The position numbers and the translations under genes were made by a program. DNA of 56,694 bases, taken from the IMG/VR virus record IMGVR_UViG_2786546887_000004. One strand, 5' to 3'. Shown piece after piece: positions 29,201 through 39,184 of this stretch; within the stretch, counting starts at the first letter, position 1; each line of letters starts with the position of its first letter. The stretch comes from an uncultured virus (IMG/VR IMGVR_UViG_2786546887_000004). Its lineage: Duplodnaviria; Heunggongvirae; Uroviricota; Caudoviricetes. The notes beneath the pieces were generated by a model. That model was given only the letters and a program-made list of their open reading frames with translations, ran no database searches and had not been told where the DNA came from.

Positions 29201-30658
29201 TTATAGTTTTTTTAAATAGTCAGACATGGTATCTGCATACTTAGCGTTATAATCAATAAGTTTTTTATAATTATCTACTGACGGTTCAATATTTTCAAAA
29301 CCTTTTATATTAATTGGCACATCTGCAACACCTAGACCTTGAGCAACTTGAACATAACTTGACATTCTAAATTGTGCCGTTAACATTGTATCAACACAAT
29401 CATAGTGTCTAATATTGTTTTGTTTTAATTTGTGTAATTTTTTTTCAAAATGTTTAGGTGGTTTATGTTTTGTAGGAAAGTCAATCCAAAATTGACTATC
29501 TTTTCTTTTAGTAATATAATGTAGATATACAAAACTTAATGTCTCTTTCATATTATTACCACATATTAAGTTGTACATATCTCTATCATCTTCATTACTT
29601 TCAAACCANGTATTATGAAAATGATTAAACATCATCAATTGTTCTATTGTCAAAAATAGAGATGTTGACTCTAAAGGTTCAATAAAAGTAGATGATAATC
29701 CTACAGCAACACAATTATTTACCCATACTTTTTCAAATCTACCTGCGTCAAAATCAATTACCTTTTTAACATTTATTTTTTCACCATAATACTCTTCACA
29801 CTCTTTAAGTGCTTGTTCTTCGTTTATATAATCTGAGTCAAAGATATATCCTCTACCTACTCTATGTTGTAAAGGTATTTCAAATATCCAACCATACTTC
29901 ATAGCAATCGCTTTTGTGTAAGGAAATAAATCTTCTTTTTCTTTTGGTATTATGATTGCCTTTTTCATAGGCAAATGATCTCTATAAGATATCCATTTTT
30001 GTTTATAATGTTCACCTATAATTTTTCTTGCCATACCTGAACAATCAAATACAAAATCTACATCTACACTTTGATCATTGTTTAAAGTAATTTTTGTAAT
30101 ATCATTTTTATCATTAGTAGATAGACTTTCAAACTCTGCGTCTATATGGTTTATACCTCTTTCAATTGCTGTCTTCTTCAAAAATGCAGCTAACATACCT
30201 GCGTCAAAATGTAATGCGTATGAAGTATGTTTAGTATCTACTTTATTTTGATAAGATATTAATGGTGAATATTGATAATCTTCTAAATTTTTATTTTCAT
30301 GTATTAAATGTTTTAAGTAAAATTCAAAGCAGTCATTTGAAAACATTGGGTGTACTTTAAACGGAGTTAAGTGTTCAAAGAAAGCATGAAAATATTTTTT
30401 ACCATCACCATTCCAGTTCTCAAAACTGATACCATTTTTGATAGTACCATTTGTATTTTTAATTACATCTTCTATTGGTATGTTAAGATAAGTAAAAAAG
30501 TTAATAACATTTGGGGTTGTCGCCTCGCCTACACCTATTGTACCTATTTTTGTGCTTTCTATAATAGATACATTGTCGTTAGGTCTGACTTTTTGAATAA
30601 AAAGGGCAGTGAACCAACCTGCTGTACCACCACCTAAAATAACAAAGTTTTTTTTCAT
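29201..30658 (-). CDS. Flavin-dependent (tryptophan-type) halogenase
   Basis: GGGTAGW, GVGEAT, GTIK, GWIFEIP, FIEPLEST. Confidence 0.9.
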   Translation of the reverse strand: MKKNFVILGGGTAGWFTALFIQKVRPNDNVSIIESTKIGTIGVGEATTPNVINFFTYLNIPIEDVIKNTNGTIKNGISFENWNGDGKKYFHAFFEHLTPFKVHPMFSNDCFEFYLKHLIHENKNLEDYQYSPLISYQNKVDTKHTSYALHFDAGMLAAFLKKTAIERGINHIDAEFESLSTNDKNDITKITLNNDQSVDVDFVFDCSGMARKIIGEHYKQKWISYRDHLPMKKAIIIPKEKEDLFPYTKAIAMKYGWIFEIPLQHRVGRGYIFDSDYINEEQALKECEEYYGEKINVKKVIDFDAGRFEKVWVNNCVAVGLSSTFIEPLESTSLFLTIEQLMMFNHFHNXWFESNEDDRDMYNLICGNNMKETLSFVYLHYITKRKDSQFWIDFPTKHKPPKHFEKKLHKLKQNNIRHYDCVDTMLTAQFRMSSYVQVAQGLGVADVPINIKGFENIEPSVDNYKKLIDYNAKYADTMSDYLKKL

Positions 30659-30674
30659 AATAATATATTAGTAT

Positions 30675-31475
30675 TTATTCGTCTGAATCAGTCTCTGGAT
30701 TGTAGTTCTTACTATCTGTAAAATTAGTTATTGTTGTTGTGAAACCAAAATCATCATCAGCGTCTGCACTTGTAGGATTAGGAACTACAATAATTCTTTC
30801 TTCTCTTTTAGAACCAGTTGCTGTATCTGTATATAAGTCTGCTTGAGTTTCTTTGATAACTCTTTTTGCATATACAGGTCCATACAAATATGTTTTAGCA
30901 GTAAAACTCATTGTGTAATTTACTGCTCTTCTTTGTGTAAATGAACCATCATAGGTATCCTCATAGTTAACACTATTTAGAACAACAGGAACATCTCGTT
31001 TAACACCCATAGTTGGTATTGCATTTACGGTTATTGTGTAATCTGGTTGAAAGTAAGGTAATATTTGTTCAACAATTTGTAAACCACCTTCAGCAGTTGC
31101 TGTAAAAGAATATAAATTAAAACTTATATTGTAAGGTACAGGATTATATTGATAATCTAAAACATCACCTCTATCTGATCTTGTNGCTTTAAATCTTCCT
31201 AGTCTTTGTAGTTTACGACTTGGATCATAACTTAATCCTGCAATCTCAAAACCCATACGAGGTAAAGTTATTGCAACTTCTCTTTTATTTAAATCTGATT
31301 GTTGTTCTAACCTTGTTAAAAACTTTTCTTTAGGCGAATATGCAAGAGGCACTTTTAAAGATTGTATTACATTACCACTACTATCTTTTCTATGAATAAC
31401 AATATTGTTAAAGATAGTGCCAAATGCAACTACAATTTTTCTTAATGACTCATGGTAAAAATGTTTTCCGAACAT
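30675..31475 (-). CDS. gp15: Tail sheath stabilizer/completion gp15
   Basis: FYHESLRK...FGTIFNNI, QILPYFQP. Confidence 0.95.
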   Translation of the reverse strand: MFGKHFYHESLRKIVVAFGTIFNNIVIHRKDSSGNVIQSLKVPLAYSPKEKFLTRLEQQSDLNKREVAITLPRMGFEIAGLSYDPSRKLQRLGRFKXTRSDRGDVLDYQYNPVPYNISFNLYSFTATAEGGLQIVEQILPYFQPDYTITVNAIPTMGVKRDVPVVLNSVNYEDTYDGSFTQRRAVNYTMSFTAKTYLYGPVYAKRVIKETQADLYTDTATGSKREERIIVVPNPTSADADDDFGFTTTITNFTDSKNYNPETDSDE

Positions 31476-31477
31476 TA

Positions 31478-32278
31478 TTAAAATCCTTCATCTACTTCAC
31501 CAAAAGGGTTTCTTTCTGTAAAGTCTAATATATCATCAGCAGTGCTTGTTGTACCAAAACCTGCGTCTGATTCATATGTATTGTTATCTGCAAAATCTCT
31601 AGTTTGAGTTTGTAGATTGTATTCTTCGTTAATTAAATAGTTTGTTTCGCCAGTAGAAGACTCAAGTAATAATGCACCAGTGCCACCATCTGTTGCCGTC
31701 TCTAAACTAAATTGATAATTCAATTGGTCTATTGATAGATTGTCTTCTAATTTATTAATATCAGAAACATTTGTATCAATTTTTTCAGACGCATATTCAA
31801 ATCNAGTACATCTTAATTTATAAACAGGTAAATTACCTAGTTGAAAGAATGGTTCCTGATCTTCAACAAATTGTATCTCAAAAAAACTATTCATTAGAGG
31901 GAAATAAATTAAGTCACCCTCATTAGGTCTGCCACCTTTTATTAATGTTGCAGGATCATCTACTGAATCTGACCATCTTCTTTTTGCAACCGTAAATGTT
32001 GTATCTTCTCTAATTTCTAAACCAAATTTAGATACTAATTCTTGTTCACCTTGGAAACCTTCAGTTGTTTCCATATACATTTCTATTAGATAAGAAGAAG
32101 TAAATTTACTTAATACATCTTCACCTAATATTAAATCTTGGTTAACCAATGTCCTAGGTAGATAATAGACATCATGCCCATAGATTTTTAGGCCTTCTAT
32201 TATTAGATTTTCATGTAATCTTTTTTCGGCGGCGTTTCCTATACCGTCACCACCTTGAAAAAAATGGTTAACTGCCAT
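31478..32278 (-). CDS. gp14: Neck protein gp14
   Basis: YYLPR, SKFGLE, RPNEGDLIYFP, DFTERNPFG. Confidence 0.95.
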   Translation of the reverse strand: MAVNHFFQGGDGIGNAAEKRLHENLIIEGLKIYGHDVYYLPRTLVNQDLILGEDVLSKFTSSYLIEMYMETTEGFQGEQELVSKFGLEIREDTTFTVAKRRWSDSVDDPATLIKGGRPNEGDLIYFPLMNSFFEIQFVEDQEPFFQLGNLPVYKLRCTXFEYASEKIDTNVSDINKLEDNLSIDQLNYQFSLETATDGGTGALLLESSTGETNYLINEEYNLQTQTRDFADNNTYESDAGFGTTSTADDILDFTERNPFGEVDEGF

Positions 32279-32282
32279 GTAA

Positions 32283-33089
32283 TTATCCTATCATGTAGGT
32301 TACAGGTGTTTCGTAAGTACCTCTGATCTCGGTCTCTAGTTTTTCAACATCCTGTAGCGCTTCTGAATAAATTTGTTGTCCGTTTAAGGTTACTCCACCT
32401 ATCATTGCGACACCATTAAATTTAGATAGATTAGCACCCCATTGTTTTTTAAATAAAGCGGTCACATATCTTTTTAGATATATGTCATTATATACATCTG
32501 TCATTGTCTCTGGATCTAATTTTCTATAACATTCAATTACAATATACTCACCTACTGATAAATCTTCAGACCAATCCATATCTATNTAAAGTCTATTNTT
32601 ATGTTGATTAAATCTTACTGGTTTTTCACCTACTAAAATGTGGTCTAAAAAATCTAAATGTCTTAAAACCATATCATAGTGAATTATACTTGTAGAAGAA
32701 AAATCATACAAATCNTTTAATCTTAATTGGTATCTAACATCAAACATATTCATATTATTTTTGTCTGATAAATTAAATATTTTATTAACTGCCAATACAC
32801 TATCAGGAACAATTAAATAATTGTTTGCTTCTTCGTAAGATGTACTTTCGGAGTTTTTAGTAGCAGATGAAGATGTATTTGAAGTTAATCTTGTTTTATC
32901 TGCCTCTGTGTATTTGTATTTTAAATATACTCTTTCAACACCATCATAGTGATATTGTGAGAAATATTGTAGTGCTTCATCTAATCTATCTTCTAATTGA
33001 GCGTCATCTACGTTTATTTCAATAACAGGCTTACCTAAATTTCGTAAAGCGTATTGTTTAAGTTGTTCTCTTGTTGCTGGTTCTGCCAT
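32283..33089 (-). CDS. gp13: Neck protein gp13
   Basis: LGKPVIEINVD, QWGANLSKF, GGVTLNG; late promoter at 33113-33120. Confidence 0.95.
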   Translation of the reverse strand: MAEPATREQLKQYALRNLGKPVIEINVDDAQLEDRLDEALQYFSQYHYDGVERVYLKYKYTEADKTRLTSNTSSSATKNSESTSYEEANNYLIVPDSVLAVNKIFNLSDKNNMNMFDVRYQLRLXDLYDFSSTSIIHYDMVLRHLDFLDHILVGEKPVRFNQHXNRLXIDMDWSEDLSVGEYIVIECYRKLDPETMTDVYNDIYLKRYVTALFKKQWGANLSKFNGVAMIGGVTLNGQQIYSEALQDVEKLETEIRGTYETPVTYMIG

Positions 33090-33123
33090 TAATATACCTC
33101 GTTATTCAGGTATATTTATAAGA

Positions 33124-33537
33124 TTAACCAAGTGCTATTGCTTGTGCAATTGCGAATGGTTTAGTTGATACATCACTACCATTAATTTGAAGTGATCCTG
33201 TGACGTTTAAAGATGATGTTGTGATATATGTCTTAATTTGAGATAATCTAATTCTACCTTCAGTACCACCATCAGAAGCCATAAGTTGATCATTATCTAC
33301 TAAAGTTTGACCAGTTAAGTCAGTTGCACCATCAATATTGATGATTGCCTCTACTGCCCCAAATTCTAATGCTGACCCGCCAGTGTTAACTTTTAAAACT
33401 TGTCCTGCACTACCGATTGATAATGAAGCGCCTANACCACCATGTGATAATGCGATAAATTCTCCTGTTTGAAACTCTGCAAGTCCTGTTGCAGTTGATC
33501 CATCAAATACGGTTCTTATAGGTACTTTTGCTGACAT
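33124..33537 (-). CDS. Putative fibre-associated structural protein
   Basis: GSAGQVLKVN fibre-like motif; C-terminal FAIAQAIALG; late promoter at 33554-33561. Confidence 0.6.
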   Translation of the reverse strand: MSAKVPIRTVFDGSTATGLAEFQTGEFIALSHGGXGASLSIGSAGQVLKVNTGGSALEFGAVEAIINIDGATDLTGQTLVDNDQLMASDGGTEGRIRLSQIKTYITTSSLNVTGSLQINGSDVSTKPFAIAQAIALG

Positions 33538-33573
33538 TAATATCTCCTATCTCTATTTATATATTTTTTCATA

Positions 33574-34938
33574 CTAAAAACTAAACAATTCAAATCTACC
33601 TTGCGTACTACCATCTGCCTTCTTAAATGAAGTAAATACTGAAGATTTAGAAGAACCTGCAGCCATAGTAAATGTAGCATTTGCACTACCTAAACCACCT
33701 GCCTGTGTAAAGAAAGGTACACTTTTTGTCACGGTACCCTCTGCGTTAGTCTTTGCGATTGCTTCTGTTCCTAGTTTAGAACCTACAGGTAATGTTGCAC
33801 CAGTAGCAGATATTGTAATTGCACCTGTACCATCGCCTGATATTGTTGCACCTGCAAGATCAATTGTATTACCTGATAAGTAAATATCTCTCCATCTTCT
33901 TGCTGGGGAACCTAAGTCATGTGTTAATGTTGTTAAAGGTTCTAAATTTGAAATAAATCTTCCGACTACATTTATCGTATCTTCAGTTGAGTCGCCTGTG
34001 TTGACACCAATAACGGTATCACCTTTTAAAGTTGTATCGTTTGAAACTTCTAATGTTGATCCTGATACGTAAACATTTTTAAAGTAACCATTTCTAAATG
34101 CTTTAGATCCACTACCTATATCTCTTTGATTATCTGCGTCAGGTACTATATGTTGATCTACGGCAGATAAGTCACTTGCAACTTCACCAAAGTCGTATTT
34201 GCCAGTGCTTGAATTATACTTTAATGCAAAACCATTTTGTTGAGCAGATATATCAACATCTCCTAAATCTTTTAAGTCACCAGCACCTCCACCACCAATT
34301 GATTGTAGTTGTAGAGTTGTTAGTTGTTTAAATTTATTAAAACTTTTTGATAATTCATCAAGTGAGATATTGCCTGTTTCAATGTCTTCAGTAATTTGTT
34401 TTGCGTTTTTAGAAAGAACATCATAGATAGTTGCTGAGTCAACAAACTCTTTTGTTGCAGGTATAGATTCACCTGGTTGAATTGACCATTTGTCAATCTC
34501 TGGCATCTGTGGTTTAATATTTTTACTAATAACTTGTTCTACCTCATTTACTAAACCTTCAGATACTTGTTTGATAGGTTGTTTTTGAGCAAATTTAGTT
34601 ATAGAACCATATAGATCACCTAAAGATTCTAAAAGTTTTTGTTCTTGTATAGGTGATTTTTGTTTAATTACTTTTGCGTTAGTTTCAATTGTTTCTTTGA
34701 TTTGTTCTTTGAACTCTTGTATACCAAATAAATCTTCTAGTACTGATAATTTTTTAGTTTCAGATAGTTTTCTTTTTTCTTTTTGAGCAACAATCTGTTT
34801 TTGTTTTTCTGCTGCCTCTTCTATCTTTTTTTGTTCTTGTAATTCTTTTTGTTTTTTTTCTTCATCTAATTTACCAACAAAATCAACTCCAGAAATATCT
34901 GTAAAGAAATTTTCTAGTCCTGTTCTTTTTTTACTCAT
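33574..34938 (-). CDS. Putative structural/fibre protein
   Basis: N-terminal coiled coil, GGGG hinge, fibre-type repeats DIGSGSKAFR and DLGSPARRWRDIYLS. Confidence 0.6.
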   Translation of the reverse strand: MSKKRTGLENFFTDISGVDFVGKLDEEKKQKELQEQKKIEEAAEKQKQIVAQKEKRKLSETKKLSVLEDLFGIQEFKEQIKETIETNAKVIKQKSPIQEQKLLESLGDLYGSITKFAQKQPIKQVSEGLVNEVEQVISKNIKPQMPEIDKWSIQPGESIPATKEFVDSATIYDVLSKNAKQITEDIETGNISLDELSKSFNKFKQLTTLQLQSIGGGGAGDLKDLGDVDISAQQNGFALKYNSSTGKYDFGEVASDLSAVDQHIVPDADNQRDIGSGSKAFRNGYFKNVYVSGSTLEVSNDTTLKGDTVIGVNTGDSTEDTINVVGRFISNLEPLTTLTHDLGSPARRWRDIYLSGNTIDLAGATISGDGTGAITISATGATLPVGSKLGTEAIAKTNAEGTVTKSVPFFTQAGGLGSANATFTMAAGSSKSSVFTSFKKADGSTQGRFELFSF

Positions 34939-35288
34939 TATATTTTAGTTGCTTCTGCGTTAACGGTTATGATTCCGTGATGAACTTTCTCTATTGTTGA
35001 GTCTGCTAAAATCAATTCTACATCATAAACATATCTAGTATCACCATCTAAAGCAGCTGTGACAACATCTGTTAATTCTAGTTTATACGTTCCTGCTGTT
35101 CCAGAAACTATTGTACAAGTAAATGTAGTTGCAGCTGTTGACGCATATGATTTTCTCATTTGCGCCTGAAGAGTTAGACCTGAAATATCATAAGCAGTAG
35201 TACCATCAGTTGTAACCGTTAAAGTCCTACTGAAGTCAGCGCCTTGATCTATTGAAAAGTTTTCTGCCGATTTTACGGTAACTGCCAT
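34938..35288 (-). CDS. Conserved small virion protein (BppU-N-like)
   Basis: IDQGADF...AQMRKSY...RYVYDVE; late promoter at 35307-35314. Confidence 0.65.
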   Translation of the reverse strand: MAVTVKSAENFSIDQGADFSRTLTVTTDGTTAYDISGLTLQAQMRKSYASTAATTFTCTIVSGTAGTYKLELTDVVTAALDGDTRYVYDVELILADSTIEKVHHGIITVNAEATKI

Positions 35289-35305
35289 ATCTATCTCCTA
35301 TCAGA

Positions 35306-35923
35306 CTATTTATATGGCTTAGGATTTAGTCTTATATTAAAAGATAAAGATATTCTGTCTGTATCAGACATATTAGGTTTTACAAAGTGTTCTAAATATG
35401 CAGGAAAAATAATTAACTTACTGGTTTCTGCAACATAAAATATACTTGAGGATGCTAATAAACTTTTATCATTTCTAAATTGTGCTTGATAATGTATTCT
35501 AGGTTTTACTGGATCAACAAAATGAATATTACCACAATTCTCTGGTGTTTGAAGATAGTAAACACCTGACCATAAACAATGTGGGTGTGAGTGTGTATTA
35601 TTATATCCGTATTTAGGATTGATATTACCCCAAAATGAATGAATATCTAACTCATAATTAGGATCATAATCATAGAAAGTAAATATTTCACCTAATGTAA
35701 ATTTTAAATGTTTATTAAATTCATCAAATTCAGGATAATTTTGTATATTGACATCACTATGCCAACCTAATTGATTTGATCTTTCTATACCCTTTGTTGT
35801 ATTTTTAAGAGTATATAATCTGTTTATGATTTTTTTATTTTCTTCTTCAAAGTTAGGTAATACTTTGTGAAATATTTTACTTGCAAAGGTTGTGTCTATC
35901 GAAGAACCATTTGTGTTTGTCAT
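35306..35923 (-). CDS. Putative Fe(II)/2OG oxygenase (TIGR02466-like)
   Basis: SNQLGWHS, HSHP...SGVYY, FPAYLEHFV...RISLSFN. Start reassigned to MTNTNG. Confidence 0.85.
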   Translation of the reverse strand: MTNTNGSSIDTTFASKIFHKVLPNFEEENKKIINRLYTLKNTTKGIERSNQLGWHSDVNIQNYPEFDEFNKHLKFTLGEIFTFYDYDPNYELDIHSFWGNINPKYGYNNTHSHPHCLWSGVYYLQTPENCGNIHFVDPVKPRIHYQAQFRNDKSLLASSSIFYVAETSKLIIFPAYLEHFVKPNMSDTDRISLSFNIRLNPKPYK

Positions 35924-35925
35924 AT

Positions 35926-36534
35926 TTAAAAGAAAGTAGGACCATGTACCCAACCGACAATAGCGTGTCTAACGCCTTTTGTCACTTTTGACATTCTATG
36001 AGTTATAAAAGAAGGAAATATAATTAATTTTCCTTGTTGTCTTAATGATTCTTTATCTGTTTTACTATTTAAAAATTCTACATCACCACCTTCATAATCT
36101 TTAGGATCAGATAATTGAACTATGAAACTTAATTTTCTAGTAGGAAAATTGTTACCTATATCTACGTGCCAATCATAAGAACTACCTTTAGGAAACTGCC
36201 ATAGAGTAGGTGCGTCATTATCCATGAAACCTCTTAAATCAAATTTAAATTTTTCTGAATCTGCTTCTTTAAGACCTGCTAAAAAATATGTTAAAGGCCA
36301 ACCATCTGTATTCATAGGTAATGGCTGTCTTTGAATATTTTTGATTATGTTTGTGTCTTTTGTACTAACATCTGACCATAACTCAGGTACGATCTCTTTA
36401 TTAATAGCCTCACATTGTTTAGTACTTAATATATCTGTATGAACTATTGAACAGAAATTTTTATTTAATCTGATATTCTCTAGTTGTTTTATAGATGTAA
36501 GAGGCACATCTTTTTTAGTTTCATTTTCACTCAT
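35926..36534 (-). CDS. PKHD-type Fe(II)/2OG oxygenase
   Basis: WHVD...RKLSFIVQL...YEGG...FPSFITHR...GVRHAIVGW. Confidence 0.9.
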   Translation of the reverse strand: MSENETKKDVPLTSIKQLENIRLNKNFCSIVHTDILSTKQCEAINKEIVPELWSDVSTKDTNIIKNIQRQPLPMNTDGWPLTYFLAGLKEADSEKFKFDLRGFMDNDAPTLWQFPKGSSYDWHVDIGNNFPTRKLSFIVQLSDPKDYEGGDVEFLNSKTDKESLRQQGKLIIFPSFITHRMSKVTKGVRHAIVGWVHGPTFF

Positions 36535-36540
36535 ATTAAT

Positions 36541-36569
36541 ATTGTATCACTTTCTTAATATAATGTCAA
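36541..36569 (-). promoter_or_regulatory. sigma70 promoter (leaderless geometry) for an oxygenase pair
   Basis: TTGACA-N17-TACAAT with TGn extension, then 6 nt, then ATG. Confidence 0.8.
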
Positions 36570-36572
36570 TAA

Positions 36573-37283
36573 CTAGTGGTTTTCGTCCATTATACCTTCA
36601 AAACCTGATATAGGATCATCCCACATAAGTTTTCGTTTTCTATCATCTTTACTACCTAAGAATTTAGACTCTTTTAATAACCATCTCCACTTCATTAATG
36701 CTCTCTTTTGAGTTGCTTCGTGGTGTTGATGTCTCTCTTCTCTTGTAGGTTCATTTCTTGTTATAGGTATTCGATTAGGATTTAATGATCCTACAAATAC
36801 ATCACCGTGTTCAGCAGCCTTTAACCAATCTCTAATTCTTCTACTTCTATGAGGTTTATATTCTTGTTGCCAACGACCTGTAAGATTAGATTGAACCATT
36901 TTACCTTTACCTGCAGGTTTTGGTGGTTTAGTCCACCACCATTTAGAAAACATATCTTGTCCTCTTTTACCTAAATCTAATGCTTTTTTAAGATATTCTT
37001 TTGGATTGTCTTTAAATGTTGAATAGTCTCTTAATAATTTTTGTTCTAAATCTTTTTGATGAAATTGTTGTTCCCATCTTCTAAATCTATCTTCTTCATT
37101 TTCCATCCATCTTGCACGAAACTGCTCTAATCTTTCTTTAGATACTTTTTCAGGATTTTGTTGGTGTTGTTTAAGTAATTCTTTATAACGTATTTTATTA
37201 ACCGTTACCTTCTTAAAATCCTCGTCTGGATTTTTAGGAATCTTAAAATTTGTAGGTATATATTTTTTAAAATCGAATCCCAT
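36573..37283 (-). CDS. Hypothetical basic, Trp-rich protein
   Basis: 236-aa ORF with no recognised family; late promoter variant CTAAATA at about 37294-37300. Confidence 0.6.
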   Translation of the reverse strand: MGFDFKKYIPTNFKIPKNPDEDFKKVTVNKIRYKELLKQHQQNPEKVSKERLEQFRARWMENEEDRFRRWEQQFHQKDLEQKLLRDYSTFKDNPKEYLKKALDLGKRGQDMFSKWWWTKPPKPAGKGKMVQSNLTGRWQQEYKPHRSRRIRDWLKAAEHGDVFVGSLNPNRIPITRNEPTREERHQHHEATQKRALMKWRWLLKESKFLGSKDDRKRKLMWDDPISGFEGIMDENH

Positions 37284-37309
37284 AATGTATTATTATTTAG
37301 TTGTTTAAA

Positions 37310-39184
37310 TTAAGCCCACTGAAGAGATACACCGTGTATCTTAACAGCGTTATTTCTTAACTCTAACTTCCATCTCATTGAAGTACCTGATGGTTGACCA
37401 GATACATCAGCAGTTCCAGTTAAAATTCTTTGACCAGAAGAGCCTGTCACATAACCACTATCTGATAAAGTAGCCTGTGAGAAGTTAGAACCACCATCTC
37501 TACTTACTCTAGCGATGATGTCTGTATTCAATGTAGGTGTAGCAATGTTTTCTTCAAATACTACTATTCTTGCACTTGATGGTGCTGAACCAGCAGTAAA
37601 TGGTTCTGAAACTAAATCTGTTGCAGTTGTAGCAGCAGCGTTAAATCCTGTTGCAGTAATAAACACATAACCACCTTGAGATGTATTCCAGTAGTTTACA
37701 CCGTTACCAACACCTGGTTGATATACAGGATCGCCTGAGTCAGCAACACTTGTACCAGAACCTGCAGTTGTAGCACCAGAAGCAACCTGTGGGTGACCAA
37801 AGTAAGATGATCCTCCACCACCTGCCCATGCACCATGGTGACCCATTTGACCACCACCACCNCCGCCTGCAAAGAATCCCATCCCTGCACCAGCCTGGTC
37901 AGTGTGCATAAATCTTTCTGTTTCGAAACCGTCTGGACCACCAGCAGAAGGGTGTTTTGTACCCGCCTGTTCTTGGTCTCCTCCACCACCACCGTTTGGT
38001 CCGTTTGATGTTTGTTCGCCTCCGCCTGCAGCTTCTCCAGTTGTTCCCCCACCAGCACCACCATTTCTTGTTGGTGTACCTAGTGGTTGTGAACCGTTTG
38101 CACATCCTCCACCACCAGCAACAAATGCGATTTGTGGTGAAATAGGTGTGTAATTCATTCTTTGTCCACCTGGTGAATAAGGTGGAGATGCCCCAGCAAC
38201 CTGAGGTGTAGAGTTTGTTGAAACTCCAAAAGTATTTCCTGTATTTTCCCAATCAATCTCTGCAGGACCTACAGATACGTATGACATTGAACCACCGCCA
38301 CCAAAGTGACCGTGACCCGAAACTCTTTGTCCCCAACCACCACTATCTAGTGAATCAGGAAGGTAAGCATATATACCTGTACCTGGGTGGTTATTATTCA
38401 TTGGGTTAGAAGTTGGCCATGGATTACCAGGACCTTTTAGTACATGACCATTTGTTGTTTGGTTATCTACTCCAACTCCTATATAAACCGTTTGACCAGC
38501 TGTTACCGTTAAGTTACCAGAAACGTGGCCTCCACCACCTCCAGTACCTCTCATAAAGTTAGGTTGGTTATAAGGACCTCGTCCTCCGCCGCCCCAACCT
38601 TTAACCGTTATAGTACTTACACTTGGGTCAACAGCATATTGACCGTCTGAATAGTGATGTCCTAATGGTTGATATGATTGTGGGTGAACTGCTTGTGCAG
38701 TTGAAGTGTCAGGTTCTGTTACCGAACCAACACCTGTTTCATATAAAAATCCGCCTGCAAATGAACCCATTGGAGATGATTGACCATCATCCTGTGTAGA
38801 GTTAATATAGTAATCTGAAGCAGCAACGTATCTATCGTTAGCACTTGCAGTTTCTTCAACTCCTGATTCATCATGGAACTCATCAACAACTCCATCAACA
38901 AAATTAAAGACCGTTAAACTTTCGTTAACAGCCATTTTAAAACCTAATAAACCGATATTATCTTTGATTGTATTTAAATCACTTGAAGTAGCGACACCTG
39001 TTACCTTAGAACTTGCGATAGCAGCTGATGGACTTATGTCTGCATTGACAATAGCACCATCTGTAATTTCGTTTGATGTAACCGCATTGTTNGCAAGCTC
39101 ATCTGCTGTTAGAATATTTGATTTNACTTTATCAGCNTCAATTGTTCTAGTTGTTAAATTCGCATTAGTAATCTTTGTTGTCAT
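37310..39184 (-). CDS. Glycine-rich tail fibre/receptor-binding-like protein
   Basis: N-terminal IxADK/AVTS repeats; WGGGG...GGGGG...GGGGSSY glycine-rich domain. Confidence 0.75.
   Translation of the reverse strand: MTTKITNANLTTRTIXADKXKSNILTADELXNNAVTSNEITDGAIVNADISPSAAIASSKVTGVATSSDLNTIKDNIGLLGFKMAVNESLTVFNFVDGVVDEFHDESGVEETASANDRYVAASDYYINSTQDDGQSSPMGSFAGGFLYETGVGSVTEPDTSTAQAVHPQSYQPLGHHYSDGQYAVDPSVSTITVKGWGGGGRGPYNQPNFMRGTGGGGGHVSGNLTVTAGQTVYIGVGVDNQTTNGHVLKGPGNPWPTSNPMNNNHPGTGIYAYLPDSLDSGGWGQRVSGHGHFGGGGSMSYVSVGPAEIDWENTGNTFGVSTNSTPQVAGASPPYSPGGQRMNYTPISPQIAFVAGGGGCANGSQPLGTPTRNGGAGGGTTGEAAGGGEQTSNGPNGGGGGDQEQAGTKHPSAGGPDGFETERFMHTDQAGAGMGFFAGXGGGGQMGHHGAWAGGGGSSYFGHPQVASGATTAGSGTSVADSGDPVYQPGVGNGVNYWNTSQGGYVFITATGFNAAATTATDLVSEPFTAGSAPSSARIVVFEENIATPTLNTDIIARVSRDGGSNFSQATLSDSGYVTGSSGQRILTGTADVSGQPSGTSMRWKLELRNNAVKIHGVSLQWA

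Noticed and set aside
37696..38901. Alternative-frame minus-strand ORFs in the Gly-rich fibre gene
   Set aside because: By-products of GGN-rich, stop-poor sequence.
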